64,000 nt of DNA. Origin: Eledone cirrhosa (taxonomy: Eukaryota). Position 1 is the stretch's first letter. Every line of letters starts with the position of its first letter. Below are positions 45,659 to 63,633 of the stretch, in pieces. Where the stretch lies: positions 232,934,001-232,998,000 of the forward strand of contig OZ024741.1 of the NCBI GenBank assembly GCA_964016885.1, given 5' to 3'. The position numbers and the translations under genes were made by a program. A model generated the notes under the pieces. The model was not told the DNA's origin. It did not search any database and was given only the letters and a program-made list of their open reading frames with translations.

Positions 45659-47740
45659 ATGGACCTTTATGAATTGGATTATTCAATCAAAAATATACCT
45701 ACTCCTTCCAACATAACTTATACCAAACTGCTTATAGATAAAATCGAACAAGTCGTTAAAAGAATGAGATGGAAGGCAATGGTTTACGATGGACTATTCA
45801 GCGCTGATACTAATGATTGTTTTGATAAAAAATCCCTTAAATACCCACCTAGAATTAAAGACATGGCCAACTTCGAATTAGACCTTGTTAATTGTAATTA
45901 GTGATATCAAATTTCGTAAGTACAATAATAATTTTTAAACTAAACTTTCTAACGATATTTCTAATTTTAAAAATTCTACAAACACTTTTGTTCTTTTCGA
46001 TAAAACTAAATATCTCTTTGAAATTAATAGTATTTTGTATAACCAACTTCTAACTAATAGTATCACCAACAAATAACAATTAACTAATAATAACACCTAC
46101 AATACTATTAATAAAGAATCTAAAGAACTAGCTAGTCTTTTAAAAATAGACAACCGGATTGAAAGCCTAGCTAAACGTAAAGAATATATTACACTTAAAG
46201 ACTATAAATTAGACTTTACTAATCGACCTAGCTGTAAACTGATTAACCCGGCTAAATCCGAAGTTGGCCTTGCAAGTAAAAAAATCTTAAGAAAAATAAT
46301 TCTCCAAATTAGAACTAAGACTGACTTATCACAATGGTTAAATACATCCACTGTTATTTCTTGGTTTAATAATATACAAGGTAAAAATAAGTGTAGGTTT
46401 ACCCAATTTGATATCGTTGATTTTTACCCCTCTATTACTGTTTCCTTATTAACTAAAGCCTTAAATTTTGCAAGACCCTTCATTAATATTTCTAAATTAG
46501 AAGAAGACATTATATTTCATGCTAGGAAAACTCTATTCTTTACCAATGAAAGTATTTGGGTTAAAAAGTCAAACCCTGAAAACTCTTTTGATGTTGCAAT
46601 GGGTTCATATGACAGTGCGGATGTGTGTGACTTAGTAGGATTATTCCTTCTCCACACCCGTAAAGATAAATTTCCTTCCCATAATATCGGTTTATACCGT
46701 GACGACGTATTGGCAGTTTCTCATACCACCAACGGCCATAACCTTGATAAATTCCGTAAAGATTTAATCAATACTTTTGCTAATCTAAACCTTAAAATTA
46801 CTATAGATACTAACCTTACCAATGCTAACTTTCTTGACATTAATCTTGATCTACTTACCGCCTCTTTTAAACCTTATCATAAACCTAACGAAAATCTTAG
46901 ATATATACACAAAGAGTCTTGCCATCCCCATATAGTTTTTAAAAATCTCATTCCCAATGTTAGCCGTAGGATTTCTACCCTATCTTCGTCTCTAGACATT
47001 ATTATAATAAATCCCTTAATAAAAGCGGGTTTACAGAACACATTAAATATTTACCTACTCCTCCCCCTAAAACTAATCCCAATAATAGAAAACGGAAAAT
47101 TATTTGTTTTACACCCCCCCCCCTTCTCTCTAACTGTCAAAACTAATGTAGGAAGGAAATTCCTTGACCTCTTAGACAAACATTTTCCTCCTAATCATAG
47201 ATATTATAAGATATTTAATAGAAATGTAGTTAAAATCAGTTACTCTTGCTGCCCATCAATGAAGTCTAAAATAACTAATTCTAATCGTACGAGAATAAAT
47301 CCAGGATGCAGTTGCAGGAAGCCGGATGAATGCCCATTACAGGGCAAATGTAACACCAAATCCGTTGTATATGAGGCCAAAGTGACATCTTTTGTTAATA
47401 ACCAGCAGCCAGGAGTGAACGATATGTTGGCATGACTTAGGACAGGTTCAAAACCAGGTTTTATGCACATGTCGCTTCTTTTAAACACTGATAAAAGAAC
47501 AGCCACGGCTCTCGCAAATAAGGTGTGGGAATTCAAGGATAAAAACACCCCGTACTTTATCGATTGGTCTATTTCAGACCATTTGAGGGAGTACCAAAAG
47601 GGTACAAAGAATTGTTCTTTGTGTACCACTGAAAAATTTAGGATTTTAGAAAAAAAGGAAGCCACTTCAACTTGCCTGAACTCCAAGACCGAGATCTTCA
47701 GATGTTGTCGTCACCTGAAATCACATCTGATCTGTAACTG
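45659..47740 (+). pseudogene. Disrupted PLE RT/GIY-YIG ORF
   Basis: YSIKNIP, RMRWKA, LINPAKSE, QFDIVDFYPSI, FDVAMGSYDSA, GLYRDD, CSCRKPDECPL, CSLCTTEK; stops and frameshifts. Confidence 0.9.
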
Positions 47741-48298
47741 GATTGACATTCCTACGATGACTCAACCACCTGCTATCTACGTCTTACATCTACTACGATT
47801 TTTATTACTTCCTGAACTCACTTTCTGTACTCTTATATTCTTTTTCTCCCTTATCTCCCCTTATATTTAAACTTTTTCCTATGTCATATATTTTCCTTAT
47901 TCCCCCCTACTTTCTACCTTACCTTTTACATACCCACCCTTTTTATTTTTAGATATTTATTTCTGTGTGTATGTATGTGTTGTGTATATATGTATTTATG
48001 TATATATTTATATGTATGCATATGTATATATAATTATATATATATCTGTATGTATATGTATGTGTGTATATAATTGTATTTTATATGTATCTGTTGTATA
48101 TGTGTGTGTGTATATATATATATGTATGTGTGTGTGTGTGTGTTTATATGTGTGTGTGTATTTTTATTAAGGTGGTGACGTAACTTTTTGTAAATATGTG
48201 TGTGTATGTGTGTATTTTTTATATATATGTTTATGTGTGTATATATATAATAGCCTCAGAAACGGTTGAACTCTACCGTCTGGGTCATAGTTTTTCCC

Positions 48299-48328
<30 letters not shown>

Positions 48329-48334
<6 letters not shown>

Positions 48335-48639
48335 ATAATAATAAATTTGAAGACTAAAATTCAAAGAGGGCTCGATAAGGATAAATATATATCAAATATA
48401 TAAGAACCGTAGAGCAAATATTTATTAAAATAACAGATTAAAGTTTAAGCAAAGAATCGCTGCTTTCACCCTTAACGGGATCTTCTGAAACTAACAAAGT
48501 CAATCTGTAAACGCAGAAGTGGATATTTCAAAAAACGTTGCAACCAGAGGAAGACAGGAAGACGATACTTTGGTTCGTGGAAACCACGAACCAAAGTATA
48601 AGCAGCGATTCTTTGCTTAAACTTTAATCTGTTATTTTA

Positions 48640-48645
<6 letters not shown>
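48329..48645. mobile_element. Nested fold-back pLTR with CAGA-core hammerhead at 48442-48492 (-)
   Basis: Reverse complement: agttt-CAGAAGA-tccc/gttaa/gggt-GAAA-gca/../tgc-TT-aaact; internal hairpin atactttggttcgtgg-aaa-ccacgaaccaaagtat. Confidence 0.75.
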
Positions 48646-48693
<48 letters not shown>

Positions 48694-48763
48694 GTATGTA
48701 TATATGTGTGTATTTGTATGGTTGTGTGTGTGCGTGTGTATATATATATATATATATGTGTGT

Positions 48764-48825
<62 letters not shown>

Positions 48826-49015
48826 ATAATTACATACAGAGTGATTTAATGCTTATTTTCATTGACTATTTGGTCCAGGAACTTGTTGAGTGCTCTAAAT
48901 CAGCTATAAACATTTATACCCTTATCTATTTATTTATTTATTATTTGTGGTATTGCCAACTATTTTTTTACGCCTTTCACCTTTTTATTTTTATATATAT
49001 ATAATATTTATGTAT

Positions 49016-49079
<64 letters not shown>

Positions 49080-49086
49080 AAAACAA

Positions 49087-49117
<31 letters not shown>

Positions 49118-49211
49118 AGGGTTAAACAAGGTTCAATGAATACATCTAAGAATGAGTTTTACACATATACATGTGTGTGTCTGTGTATATATGTATGTGT
49201 GCGTGTATATG

Positions 49212-52521
<3,310 letters not shown>

Positions 52522-52895
52522 ATATATATATATATATGTATATGTATATATATATATGTGTATGTATGTGTATGTGTGTGTGTGTATGTATTTATTTATA
52601 TGTATGTATGTGTATGTGTAACTGTGTGTATTGCTTACCACGTGTATTTGTTCATCTATTTGTTTCCTGTATCACTGTCAACTTTATAATAATTTTTACA
52701 TTTATTTTTATTCTTATGTAACGGCCTATATCGTCGTCTATTGTTTTTTTATTTTTATTATTATATGTTTTCTCATAATTAATTGTGTGTGTGCGTATGT
52801 AGGTGAGTGTACATATATCTATATTTGTGTGTGCGTATGTATGCGTGTATATATGTGTGTGTGTGTGTATGTACCTGTGTATATATGTATGATTA

Positions 52896-52998
<103 letters not shown>

Positions 52999-53160
52999 GT
53001 GTGTGTGTGTGTGTATTTGTGTGTATGTGTATGTATGGATATGTGGATATATATGAGTGTATGTATATGTATATGTATGTGTATTTGTACATGTATATAT
53101 ATATGTATGAATGTATATATATATATATGTATGTATATATGTGTGTGTATGTATATATAC

Positions 53161-53266
<106 letters not shown>

Positions 53267-53776
53267 ATTTTTCCTTTCCTTCTTCCTTTTCCAGCCTCAC
53301 TTTCATATAGATTATATTTTTGTTTTTAAAATCCACTTTCAATAAATACACCAGGATTTTTTCATTCTGATGATTGAAAACAAATTTTGTTTGCTTTCAA
53401 GAAACCACAGATAAATGAAATAGTTATCTTATGTTGTTTATTACATAACTATTATATATATATATTATATATATATTATAAATGTATATTATATATATAT
53501 ATATTATATATATATTATATATGTATATTATATATATATATATTATATATATATTATACATGTATATTGTATATATATATTATATATTTATTATATATGT
53601 ATATTATATATATATATATTATATATTTATTATATATGTATATTATATATTTATTATATATTTATTATATATGTATATTATATATATATATATTATATAT
53701 ATAGTATATATGTATATTATATATTATATATGTATATTATATAGATATATATTATATATATATTATATATGTATAT

Positions 53777-53809
<33 letters not shown>

Positions 53810-54183
53810 ATATATGTATATTATATATATATTAATATGTATATTATATATATACATATTAATATGTATATTATATATATATATATATTATATATATATA
53901 TATTAATATGTATATTATATATATATATATTATATATATATATATTATATATATATTAATATATATATATAAATATATATTATATATATATTAATATATA
54001 TTATGTATATATTAATATATATGTATTAACATATATATATATATAAATATATATTATATACTCTTTTACTCTTTTACCTGTTCCAGTCATCCGGCTGAGC
54101 CCATGTTGTGGCACCGCCCTAATATATATTATGTATATATTAATATATATATATATATGTTAATATATATATATAATAATATA

Positions 54184-57100
54184 TTTCGTTTCTGAATTTG
54201 TTTAGCAAGATTCTTTATCTGAAAACGCGTGTTGAAACCGATATTGTTATACTTTGGGAGGGTCATGTTGCTAATAAGAAACACACGCACCAGATGCTTT
54301 CACTTCAATTTATTATAATAAATTTATAAATTTAGGAATTTATAAATTTCTGGTTGGTTGGTTGGTTCCACAACCAGATAGTTGTTTATATATATTGTCA
54401 AAGTTCTTTCGTCACACATTCTGTGACCTCTTCAGTGACTGGGGATTCTTTTCTTTGTTTTTGTGCCTCTCCTTTGTTCTGTCCTACGCCATTTTGTTTC
54501 TGTGTGTGTGTTGTGTGCTCAGTCTGCGCATGCGCCACATCCGGGTGTATGTGTGTGTTTATATTTGTTTATTTATTTGTTTATTTACATGTTACCGGTT
54601 GGTTGTTTGTTCTATGTGTGTGTGTGTTTTCATTTTGTCCTTAATTGTAAGTTGTGACGTTGCTGTTCCACTCATGTTTTGTATTAATTTTGGTTGTAAT
54701 TCTTTTATGTTTATTGCCTCTGTGATTTGTCTAAACATTGCGTCTTTTCTGTGTGTAGATTCTATTTTTATTTCTATGTCCTCTAATTTACCCTTATGTT
54801 CCATTTTAGCATGTTGGTAGAGTACAGATGATTCTTTACTATCTTGAAGGTCTCGCCAGTGTTCATTTATCCGTTCCCCTACACTACGAGCTGTCTCACC
54901 TATGTACACTATATTTTTGTCTCTACATTGTCCTTCAGTACATCTTATGCTATACACTACATTTCTAGTTTTACAGTTAATATGGGGGCTTATTTTACAG
55001 GTTATACATTTCTTAGCTATACAGGGCGGGTCTTTGGAAAGGGTATGTCTTGCTAATAAGTGTTTTTTACGGAGGTACCTGGTCTTTCTACTATCTTAAT
55101 ATTGAGTTTATTTTTATCTAGGGCCCTTCTAAATTTGTAAGCTAATTCACCTCTAGGGGTTGTATCCATGAACATTACACTCTGGTATTTATTGCTATCA
55201 TACCATGAGTTTATTCTATTAGCCTTATTCCTAGTTCTTTCTATTCTATTCCAAAATTTGCTCCGATGCAAGGGACAGGTCCAATTTGTGTCATTATTTA
55301 CCATTTTTTCCCATTTGGTTCTGGCTCCTCTATACACTCTGATTCTATCTCTCTGATTGTAACCAGAGAACTGCATACGGTGGATGAAGTGTTGTATGTG
55401 TCTCTCTAGTTCCTCGGGGTTGCACATGCGGGACACGTTTCTCATCACCCGTACCAAATCCGCAATCAGTATGTTGATTTTGGTATGGTCCGAAACAGCC
55501 GAGTTTCGGTGGATCAGATGTTTGGAAGTCATGGGTTTGGCATAATGGGAATGGAGGATTTGTTTTTTGTTATTAATGGTATCTAACCAGAGCTCTGTGT
55601 CTAGTACAGGTAATCGATGGTTGGGGTATTTACTTGGGTAGTCGATAGTAACTCTAATACTCTGGTGGATGGAGTTAGCTATTTGCTGGATGCTTTCCAT
55701 TGTGTTTTTCTCTAGTTCCTGACTGTTCTCTTGTGGGGTGTCTAAACTACGATGTTTATATCGTCAACGTAGTGGGAGTACATTATCAGGGTTAAGGGGT
55801 CTTCTAATTGTTCTTTAAGTTTAAGTTTAAGTCTACTGTCCCACCATACCATGAATAAGTTAGCTATGTCGCCTGCAATGCTAACACCAATGGCTGCTCC
55901 TTCCTCTTGGGCATATGTTTTTCCATTAAATTTGAACATATGTTCCTTAAGGGTTAGTTTTATGCTGGCCCCTACCGCATGTGCAATTATTTTCTTCAGT
56001 TCATCGTGGTTTTCGGGTGTCCATATGGCTCTGGTCCACCCGTTCCATCTATCTGTGTGGGTTTTCTTGGCCATTGAGGTAATGGTAGGGGGTCTGCCTC
56101 TTGCTGGTCTTGTAGGGCACAGGTTGCTAAGGTCATATGTGTCTAGGTAATTATTACTATAGGTAAGTTTAAGTAGGAGTCCCAGCTCACTGGTATCAAT
56201 CCCACGGAACTCAACATTGCTCTCATTGATCATTTCTACGCAATTCTCCACAGCAAAATCCACGTCAATAGATGGATACAGGGACACAACATCCATACTA
56301 CCTATTATGCAGTTTATTAGGTCCCTAGATCGGTTACCCTCGCCGATTCTGCTGAGGAGGTCCTCCGTGCTGTCACATACATCTGGGGACATTTCAATGA
56401 TGGGGCGTATGATCAGGGAGAGGAAGTAGGACAGTCTGTAGTTACTAGCAATGTTAGCCCCACAGACTGGCCGTGTTGGTGGTCCCGTGACAGGGTCACT
56501 GCCAGTTTTATGGTCTTTTCGAAGCCCATACAACGCCGGCACGTCATTGTTCCAGGCCTGGAAGTTGTTGGCAGTCCTTTTGTTGGGCTGCATTATATTC
56601 GTCCACATCACCATATGAGCATTGAGGGCTTTTTCTCTATCCTCATGCTCCTGTGGTGTTACCTCTCTTGTGTTAGTGATGTGGGGTTGCATTGCCTGGA
56701 TGTAGTTTGGCAGGCTGTCAACCGACATTCTGCCAGACTTGTCTGTTGGAAAGCATGCTATCTCTCCATTACGCGAGCGCTGCATGAGCTTACGCAACCC
56801 ATTTGCAGATTTTTCTCCCAGTTGCTGGGCCTCCATTCTGTTATGCTTCTTGCTATACTGTTCTATAATATTTCTAAGTTCGGATTTAGCTATACTAAAT
56901 TGTGCTTCTGTTTGTTCATCGACCTGCGACGGCAATTGCGTGCGTTTGTTAAATGCTAAAGTCGTGGCGTGGACTCGTCTCAGGTCGAACGACTTATCGG
57001 AGGGATTATAAAAAGTAGAGTTCCAGGCTGCTGCTTTATGTGTACTAGTGCTATTGTTATTGTTAGTTGTGTTGTTTCTATTTCTATTTCCACCAGCAGA

Positions 57101-57291
57101 ATAGAATAGAAAGAACTAGGAATAAGGCTAATAGAATAAACTCATGGTATGATAGCAATAAATACCAGAGTGTAATGTTCATCGATACAACCCCTAGAGG
57201 TGAATTATAAATTTATAATAAATTGAAGTGAAAGCAACTGGTGCGTGGGTTTCTTATTGGCAACATGACCCTCCCAAAGTATAACAATATA
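54184..57291 (-). mobile_element. Naiad-like PLE, longer copy, with a compound 5' inversion
   Basis: ORF pieces 56935-55742, 55700-55053 and 54957-54592 (TDKSGR, LYGLRKDHK, RPVCGA, HYVDD, YIGETARS); hammerhead at 54397-54439 (-). Confidence 0.9.
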
Positions 57292-57307
57292 TTAATATAT
57301 ATATATA

Positions 57308-57385
<78 letters not shown>

Positions 57386-57611
57386 TAGCAAAGGAGATAG
57401 CAAAGAAAAGAAACAAATGTTGAGGCCCCGTGCCACAATCAAACACAAGCACGCACACGTATACATGTGCAAATAGTTCAAATATATATGTCACCAGTTC
57501 TTTGGGAAAACAACACCATAATTCGGGACAGGGTATATCAAAGGACCGAAGTAATGGACGTAAACTTTGTTCCATCATTCTGTTTTTCTGTTTTTTTCTT
57601 TTTACGTTCTA

Positions 57612-57670
57612 GCTGTCTGATGATGTCATAGCTGTTGAAAAATCATTATCACCGAAATATATATAACAGC
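57612..57670 (+). ncRNA. Hammerhead motif with eroded stem II
   Basis: gctgt-CTGATGA-...-GAAA-tatata-TA-acagc. Confidence 0.6.
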
Positions 57671-57904
57671 GAATATGGATAAACGAAGTTAATTTTAACC
57701 TGTTGACTTACACTTCTTGCTTTTAAGTAACTCCGATGTAAACAGACAAACCTGCGCATTTCCTTGAGTGTTCTACCTGCATACTGAATTGTCGGTAGCC
57801 AACCAACACATACTCTAATATATGTATATAATTTAAGCATTAGATATTAAGACCAAAGCAGCAATTCCCTTGTTATTAGTAACCAATTGTTTACTCTATT
57901 TTAG

Positions 57905-57978
57905 ATGACCACAATCGCGTTATTTTGGATCCAAATGAGTTGACAAATTCTAATTACATTAATGCGTCCTATATCGAT
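57905..57978 (+). CDS. Receptor PTP exon: DHNRVIL...NYINASYID
   Basis: ttttag|...|gtaagt; PTP motifs 2 and 3. Confidence 0.93.
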
Positions 57979-59140
57979 GTAAGTATTAGGAAAATATTTA
58001 ACATAAAATAATATTTTTTAAACTTGTAATACAATTCTATTTGTATCACTTAGAAACCTAGGACAATCCATTTGCTGTGTCGTCCAGATTATGCAACTGC
58101 TGAAAACCTGTTTCATGTCCACTTCGGAAAAAAATGCGTGGTGAAAAACTTTGCAAGGTCATAACCCCCAAATCGACATGCAAGAATATATGAGCTGCGT
58201 CAGAAAGCATCAAGCACAGGTGGTACAAACACTACCACTCCTTTAATGGGATCAATAAAGGAAAAGCACGGGTCTTTCCGAACAGGTCTGGTATCTTCTG
58301 TTAGACAAGACCCAGCAATCTTTGGTTTGGTCCAGGGTTGGGAGGTACGACCAGACGGAGGTGACTCGGGAGTGTGCAGTTTATGTCTGAGTGGTGTGTG
58401 TGTGCGCGTGTGTGTGTGTGTGTGTATGTGTAGCATAATCAGATGCAAATGTATATATCTAGATATATATATCTATATCCAAGGGCCTGGTTTCATCGGG
58501 GTACTAGGGGACAACCACACCCCCCCCCTTCACACACACACACACACACACACACGCGCACTTTTTCAGGAACGGGGGACAAACCACCTTTTGTCCCCCC
58601 TACTTTTTACTAATTAAAACACAAAGAGTTTAAGCGGCCCACAAGCCAGACGAGGAAAATTTACGAGAAAAAATACTTTAAATATATCTAAAATACCATA
58701 AATAAATCTAAAAGAAATGAAGAGTAATTGCTCAGACTACTTTTAGTGTTTCCAACCAGTTCTTGTGAAGCTGAAAGATCTTTTAGCGCTCTGCGGAGAC
58801 TCAAAACGTAGCTGCGATCGACCATGACTCGGCAAAGGTTGAATCTTATTCTAATATGCCATTCCTAAAAGAAAATTAATTTACTTTATATTTTTTTATT
58901 CAAACGTCTAATGTTTTATTTTTTGTTTATTTGATATAATAGATTCTTTTTGAGCTTATTTTTTTTATAGCTGTACTTCATTTGAATATATAAAATTTAA
59001 TTAGCGTAAAACTTTACTTATGTGATAGGGTCCGGGAAAGGCACCATAAGCAATATTAACATGCTCCAACAAATGTTGGTTTTCCCCCTCACATTTTTAA
59101 GGCAAACGAGGCTCCTGTCTATATCAATATCTATCAATCT

Positions 59141-59196
<56 letters not shown>

Positions 59197-59263
59197 TTTA
59201 TAAGAGTTGTTATAAGTATATATAAACCCGCAGAGCAAATATCTATTATCTATACAGTGTAAA

Positions 59264-59312
59264 AGTTTAAGCAAAAAATCTGTTTTAAGCCTAAAAGGGA
59301 TCATCTGAAACT
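59264..59312 (-). ncRNA. Degenerate CAGA-core hammerhead
   Basis: Reverse complement: agttt-CAGATGA-tccc...-AAAA...TT-aaact; diverged homolog of 48442-48492. Confidence 0.5.
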
Positions 59313-60271
59313 GAGAAAAATCAGTCTTTAGACACAGAAATAGATATCTCAAAAGAGTTAGAACCAAATATTGCCTGTTTCATGTTCGCGTGGTCGGCAA
59401 CTAAACCGATTCCCCAACAGACCATCGTCTGGTGAGGAGGGTGCGTGGAACCCCAGTTGCACAAAACAGAGAGCTGTAAAAATGGTGGATGAATTCTTCA
59501 GAGTCAAAGGTAATTAACCAAGTGTGATATTTACAATTATATATCTGGCGTGACCAAAACCAAGCAGAAAGCCGTGAAGGTCAAGCAGTGAGGAGGCCCC
59601 TGGATTGGATATATTTATATGTATGTACCAGTAAATATCAATATATTTACTTTTTACTTGTGATATATACAAACATTTTAGTCATATCACCGGATTCAGG
59701 AGAATTTGCTCTGTTACTCCTTACCATTCTATCAGACACTAACAGATAAAGTGTTATTTGCACTGCCCTTTCATACCTGAAAATTCACCTTGATAAAATT
59801 TGACTAGTAGAGCGTATCCAGTTAAGCTACCGGGAAAGTATGTCTCCTAGTTTCTTCTGTAACATCTGAAAGACAACAGCCCACCTACAGAAGGAGCTCT
59901 TTGATGTGGAATGGCGATTCTTCGTGACAATACCTACCTGATTATGTCCGCGGGGTGTAGCTGAAACATACTACCTAGACAGAATTTTGGAGTCAGTCGC
60001 ACACTCCGGTCTTTCCCTACCTTTTGTATCTTAAATTCACTTCATGTTTTTACTCTTTTTCTTTTTTTCTTTTCCGTTTCATTATTGCCATTTATATTGT
60101 ACAGTTTACAACATATTTTCCCATTAGTTTAATAAATATTTATTTTCTAAACACTGTTGATTAGCTTTTCACCTCATTCTATTTACACACATGAGGGCCT
60201 ACAGTATTTCTATTTATTATGTGTTTACGCACAGTTATATTATAGAAGTTAAATTTGTTTCTCTTTTACAG

Positions 60272-60296
60272 AATCGGAAGTATATAATAACACAAG
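60272..60296 (+). CDS. Receptor PTP micro-exon NRKYIITQ
   Basis: ttttacag|25 bp|gtaagt; PTP motif 4 (YIATQ-like). Confidence 0.9.
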
Positions 60297-60339
60297 GTAA
60301 GTGATGTCTTTGCTAAACATTACAGCAAAACCTCTTACT

Positions 60340-60369
60340 CACAACCGCAGTGAGTGGACATTACCGCCA

Positions 60370-60405
<36 letters not shown>

Positions 60406-60506
60406 AAAAAAGACTGGACATTACCTCCACCCCCCTCTCTCTCTCTCTCTCTCTCAATCTCTCTCTCTCTCTCAATCTCTCTCTCAACAAAACAGATTAG
60501 ACATTA

Positions 60507-60568
<62 letters not shown>

Positions 60569-60900
60569 ACAACATAGATAGGAAATTTCTCCTCTACTTC
60601 TTTCTCTATCAACAATATGGACTAAACATTAAATCCTCCTCTCCCCTTTTCTCTTAACAACACAGTCTGAATATTATCCCCCCTCCCTCTCTCTCATTGA
60701 CTGGACATTACACATTACCGCACTCTTTCACTCAACAGCATGGCCTGGCCATTACGCCGTCTTTCTCATGAACGTAGACAGAACTGTACCTCCACCCTCT
60801 CGCACTCTCTATCCATCACTGTCTCTCTCTCTCAATGACATAGACTGTACATTGCCACCTCACAAAAATACAATAGATATTCCAAACCCCCTCTCCTAAT
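60340..60900. repeat. Degenerate tandem repeat: caaca..gactggacattacc.ccac plus (CT)n
   Basis: Recurring ~60-90 bp units. Confidence 0.7.
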
Positions 60901-61029
60901 CTCATCCCATCTCCCTACTTACTGCAGCCAGGGTGGAGATATCCATCGACAAGCATTTACTCCAGCGATGTGTACTGACACCTTCAGAAAATCTCTAGCT
61001 AAATCCAGAGGTAACGACTCATCTCAGAA

Positions 61030-61079
<50 letters not shown>

Positions 61080-61689
61080 CTCTATCTCTCTCTTTCTCTC
61101 GGGATAATGCTGATTCGTATTGATTCTGTCAGTACAACTCTCTCACTAAATTACAAAGATAAAAGTGTGTTGGTTAGAGTCCTACAATGTATCTTTAAAT
61201 ATCTCCATCTCTCGAGTTAACGAGAGATTTGACTGACAATTTCAGCACAATTTTCTCACTACCTTCCTAGATAACATTGACTGCGAGTGACTGTTTCAGT
61301 TCAGCTCTCTCACTCTCTCCAAATATAACACCGATTTGGACTGATTCTCTCAACAAATCTCTCACGTTAACACGTGATTTAACGGCGAGATATTCTGACT
61401 CTCAGTACATATATCCCGATAAATCCACGAGGTAACGATGAAGTGATCTTTTCGACATCGATTAAAGATATTCCGGTCCCGTACTGCGTTTGATTCTACC
61501 TTTAGATATCCTTCACACTTTACATCATCCTCACTATCTCTTTTTCTCCTTGTCTGCAAACAATCGGCTGTCTTCAGACCTGCAGAGAATATGGGGCTCT
61601 GCCGGGTTGAAATTCCCAAAGATCAAATTATGTTACTGCTGCTTCCCTACGATTCAATCAGGTGTTACGTGTCCATAAGTGCACACATT

Positions 61690-61729
<40 letters not shown>

Positions 61730-62511
61730 TACACCACATATATAAACACACACATATATAAACACACACATATATAAACACACTTCCATTGTCACGAGTA
61801 ATATGATTGGTTCCTTCAAAGCCAAGAAAAAATGAGTATTAATTATGTCTTCAAAGTGTTCATTTAGTAAGGATGTAGCTCCGTGTTTGTTCCAGTCAGT
61901 TTCAACTCAGTGGCAGCTGATAAGGAAAGAAATCATTTATTACTGACGTCACTTAACTAATTGATGCTAAAAAATACTTGAATGACAAACTACAGATGCT
62001 AGTAATTCTAATTATAACTTGGATAACTTTTCTTCGTCAGATCGAATTTCGAAATCGTATTTCAACTTTGCATAATTTCATAATTTCAACGTTGCATAAA
62101 ACTCAGTCTATCGTACTGTATTTCTCTACTTCAACTTGAAAACTGTCGTTCAATTAGCCGTGAAATTTAAAATGTTTGTCGTACTTATACTTCATACTCA
62201 TTCCACAAATGGGTATAGGTTTCGAATAATCTAGATATATTTAGAAAATATGCTGACTATTCAGGTTACGGCTTCTTTGAGTATACATTCCCAAAGTGAA
62301 TGTGCTACCGTATATTCAAGGATCACCAAGAATTCGACCAAATGTCACTTTAATATTTCAGCAAAATAACCCTCATCCCGCCGACTTGTTTGCTTAAAAT
62401 TTTACTGACAAATTTGAAAATTATATTTGAATGTAATGGATTGTAACCCTCTAAAACATTTAACCAGATCTAATGATATTAGAAATTGGACCAAATTTGA
62501 AAAGAATAGCA

Positions 62512-62577
<66 letters not shown>

Positions 62578-63088
62578 CGATAACATGCCGGAGAGAACAC
62601 ACACACACACTAATATACGTTCTCGATAAATATATTTCTGTCCCCTCTCCACGATTATTCTATCTAGAGATGACTAGGCAGATACAATTGAACGCACATA
62701 TAGACGCCCACATACATATGAACACTCACTAAGCTAGTTATCTATATACACAACTACTTCTTCAATTAAAAAGACACTCTCGTGAAAAAAAATTCTTTAC
62801 AGCTGGATAAAAAAATGTATGGCCTTATTTGGAAAACAATGACACTTTCTGAGGAGACAGTCAGTTAACTTCCAATGCCTTTGGTATTCAGTATGAAACT
62901 AGCTGTTGAAACGGCAAGTGCTCAGTCACCGGGGTACCGACTCTTTATAAAATAACCATACTTTATTACCCCAAGTATCGATTACTCGGTTGTGTAATGG
63001 TCTATTTACGTTCCCGAGGCAATCCAAACTGAAACGACAAGGGAACGGACAAAGAGGGTGTTCATGAATCCTTCGCTCGTTCCCTTAT

Positions 63089-63206
<118 letters not shown>

Positions 63207-63334
63207 ATTATGCATAATTTGAAGAATGTAATGCTTCAACTTTGCGATTGACAGCGTATAATTCTTAAACATGTTGAAATCTATCTGTGAGACGGTCTGA
63301 TATTTCACACTGCTTTATATTTATCTCTTGACAG

Positions 63335-63426
63335 CTCCATTAAAAGAAACCGTTACAGACTTTTGGCGAATGATATGGCAGCAGGAATGCTCATTGATTA
63401 TCGCGTTCCCTGGACCTGTAGAAAAG
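63335..63426 (+). CDS. Receptor PTP exon: APLKETVTDFWRMIWQQECSLIIAFPGPVEK
   Basis: ttgacag|...|gtaatg; DFWRMIW motif; phase matches the previous exon. Confidence 0.93.
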
Positions 63427-63633
63427 GTAATGTGTCCTTAGAATCAACTCAGTATTTGTATTAGAAATGCCAATATATTACAGAACCGTGGTTGGTAGCG
63501 TTATCACTACGTGTACTATTGACGAATTTAATACTGATGTGTGGTCCCAGCCTTGGCTCTTCTCATGATTGTGCCCACCTCTATAAAAAGACGCATCATC
63601 CATAACCATACACTTTCCCTTTTCTCTTGCGCG

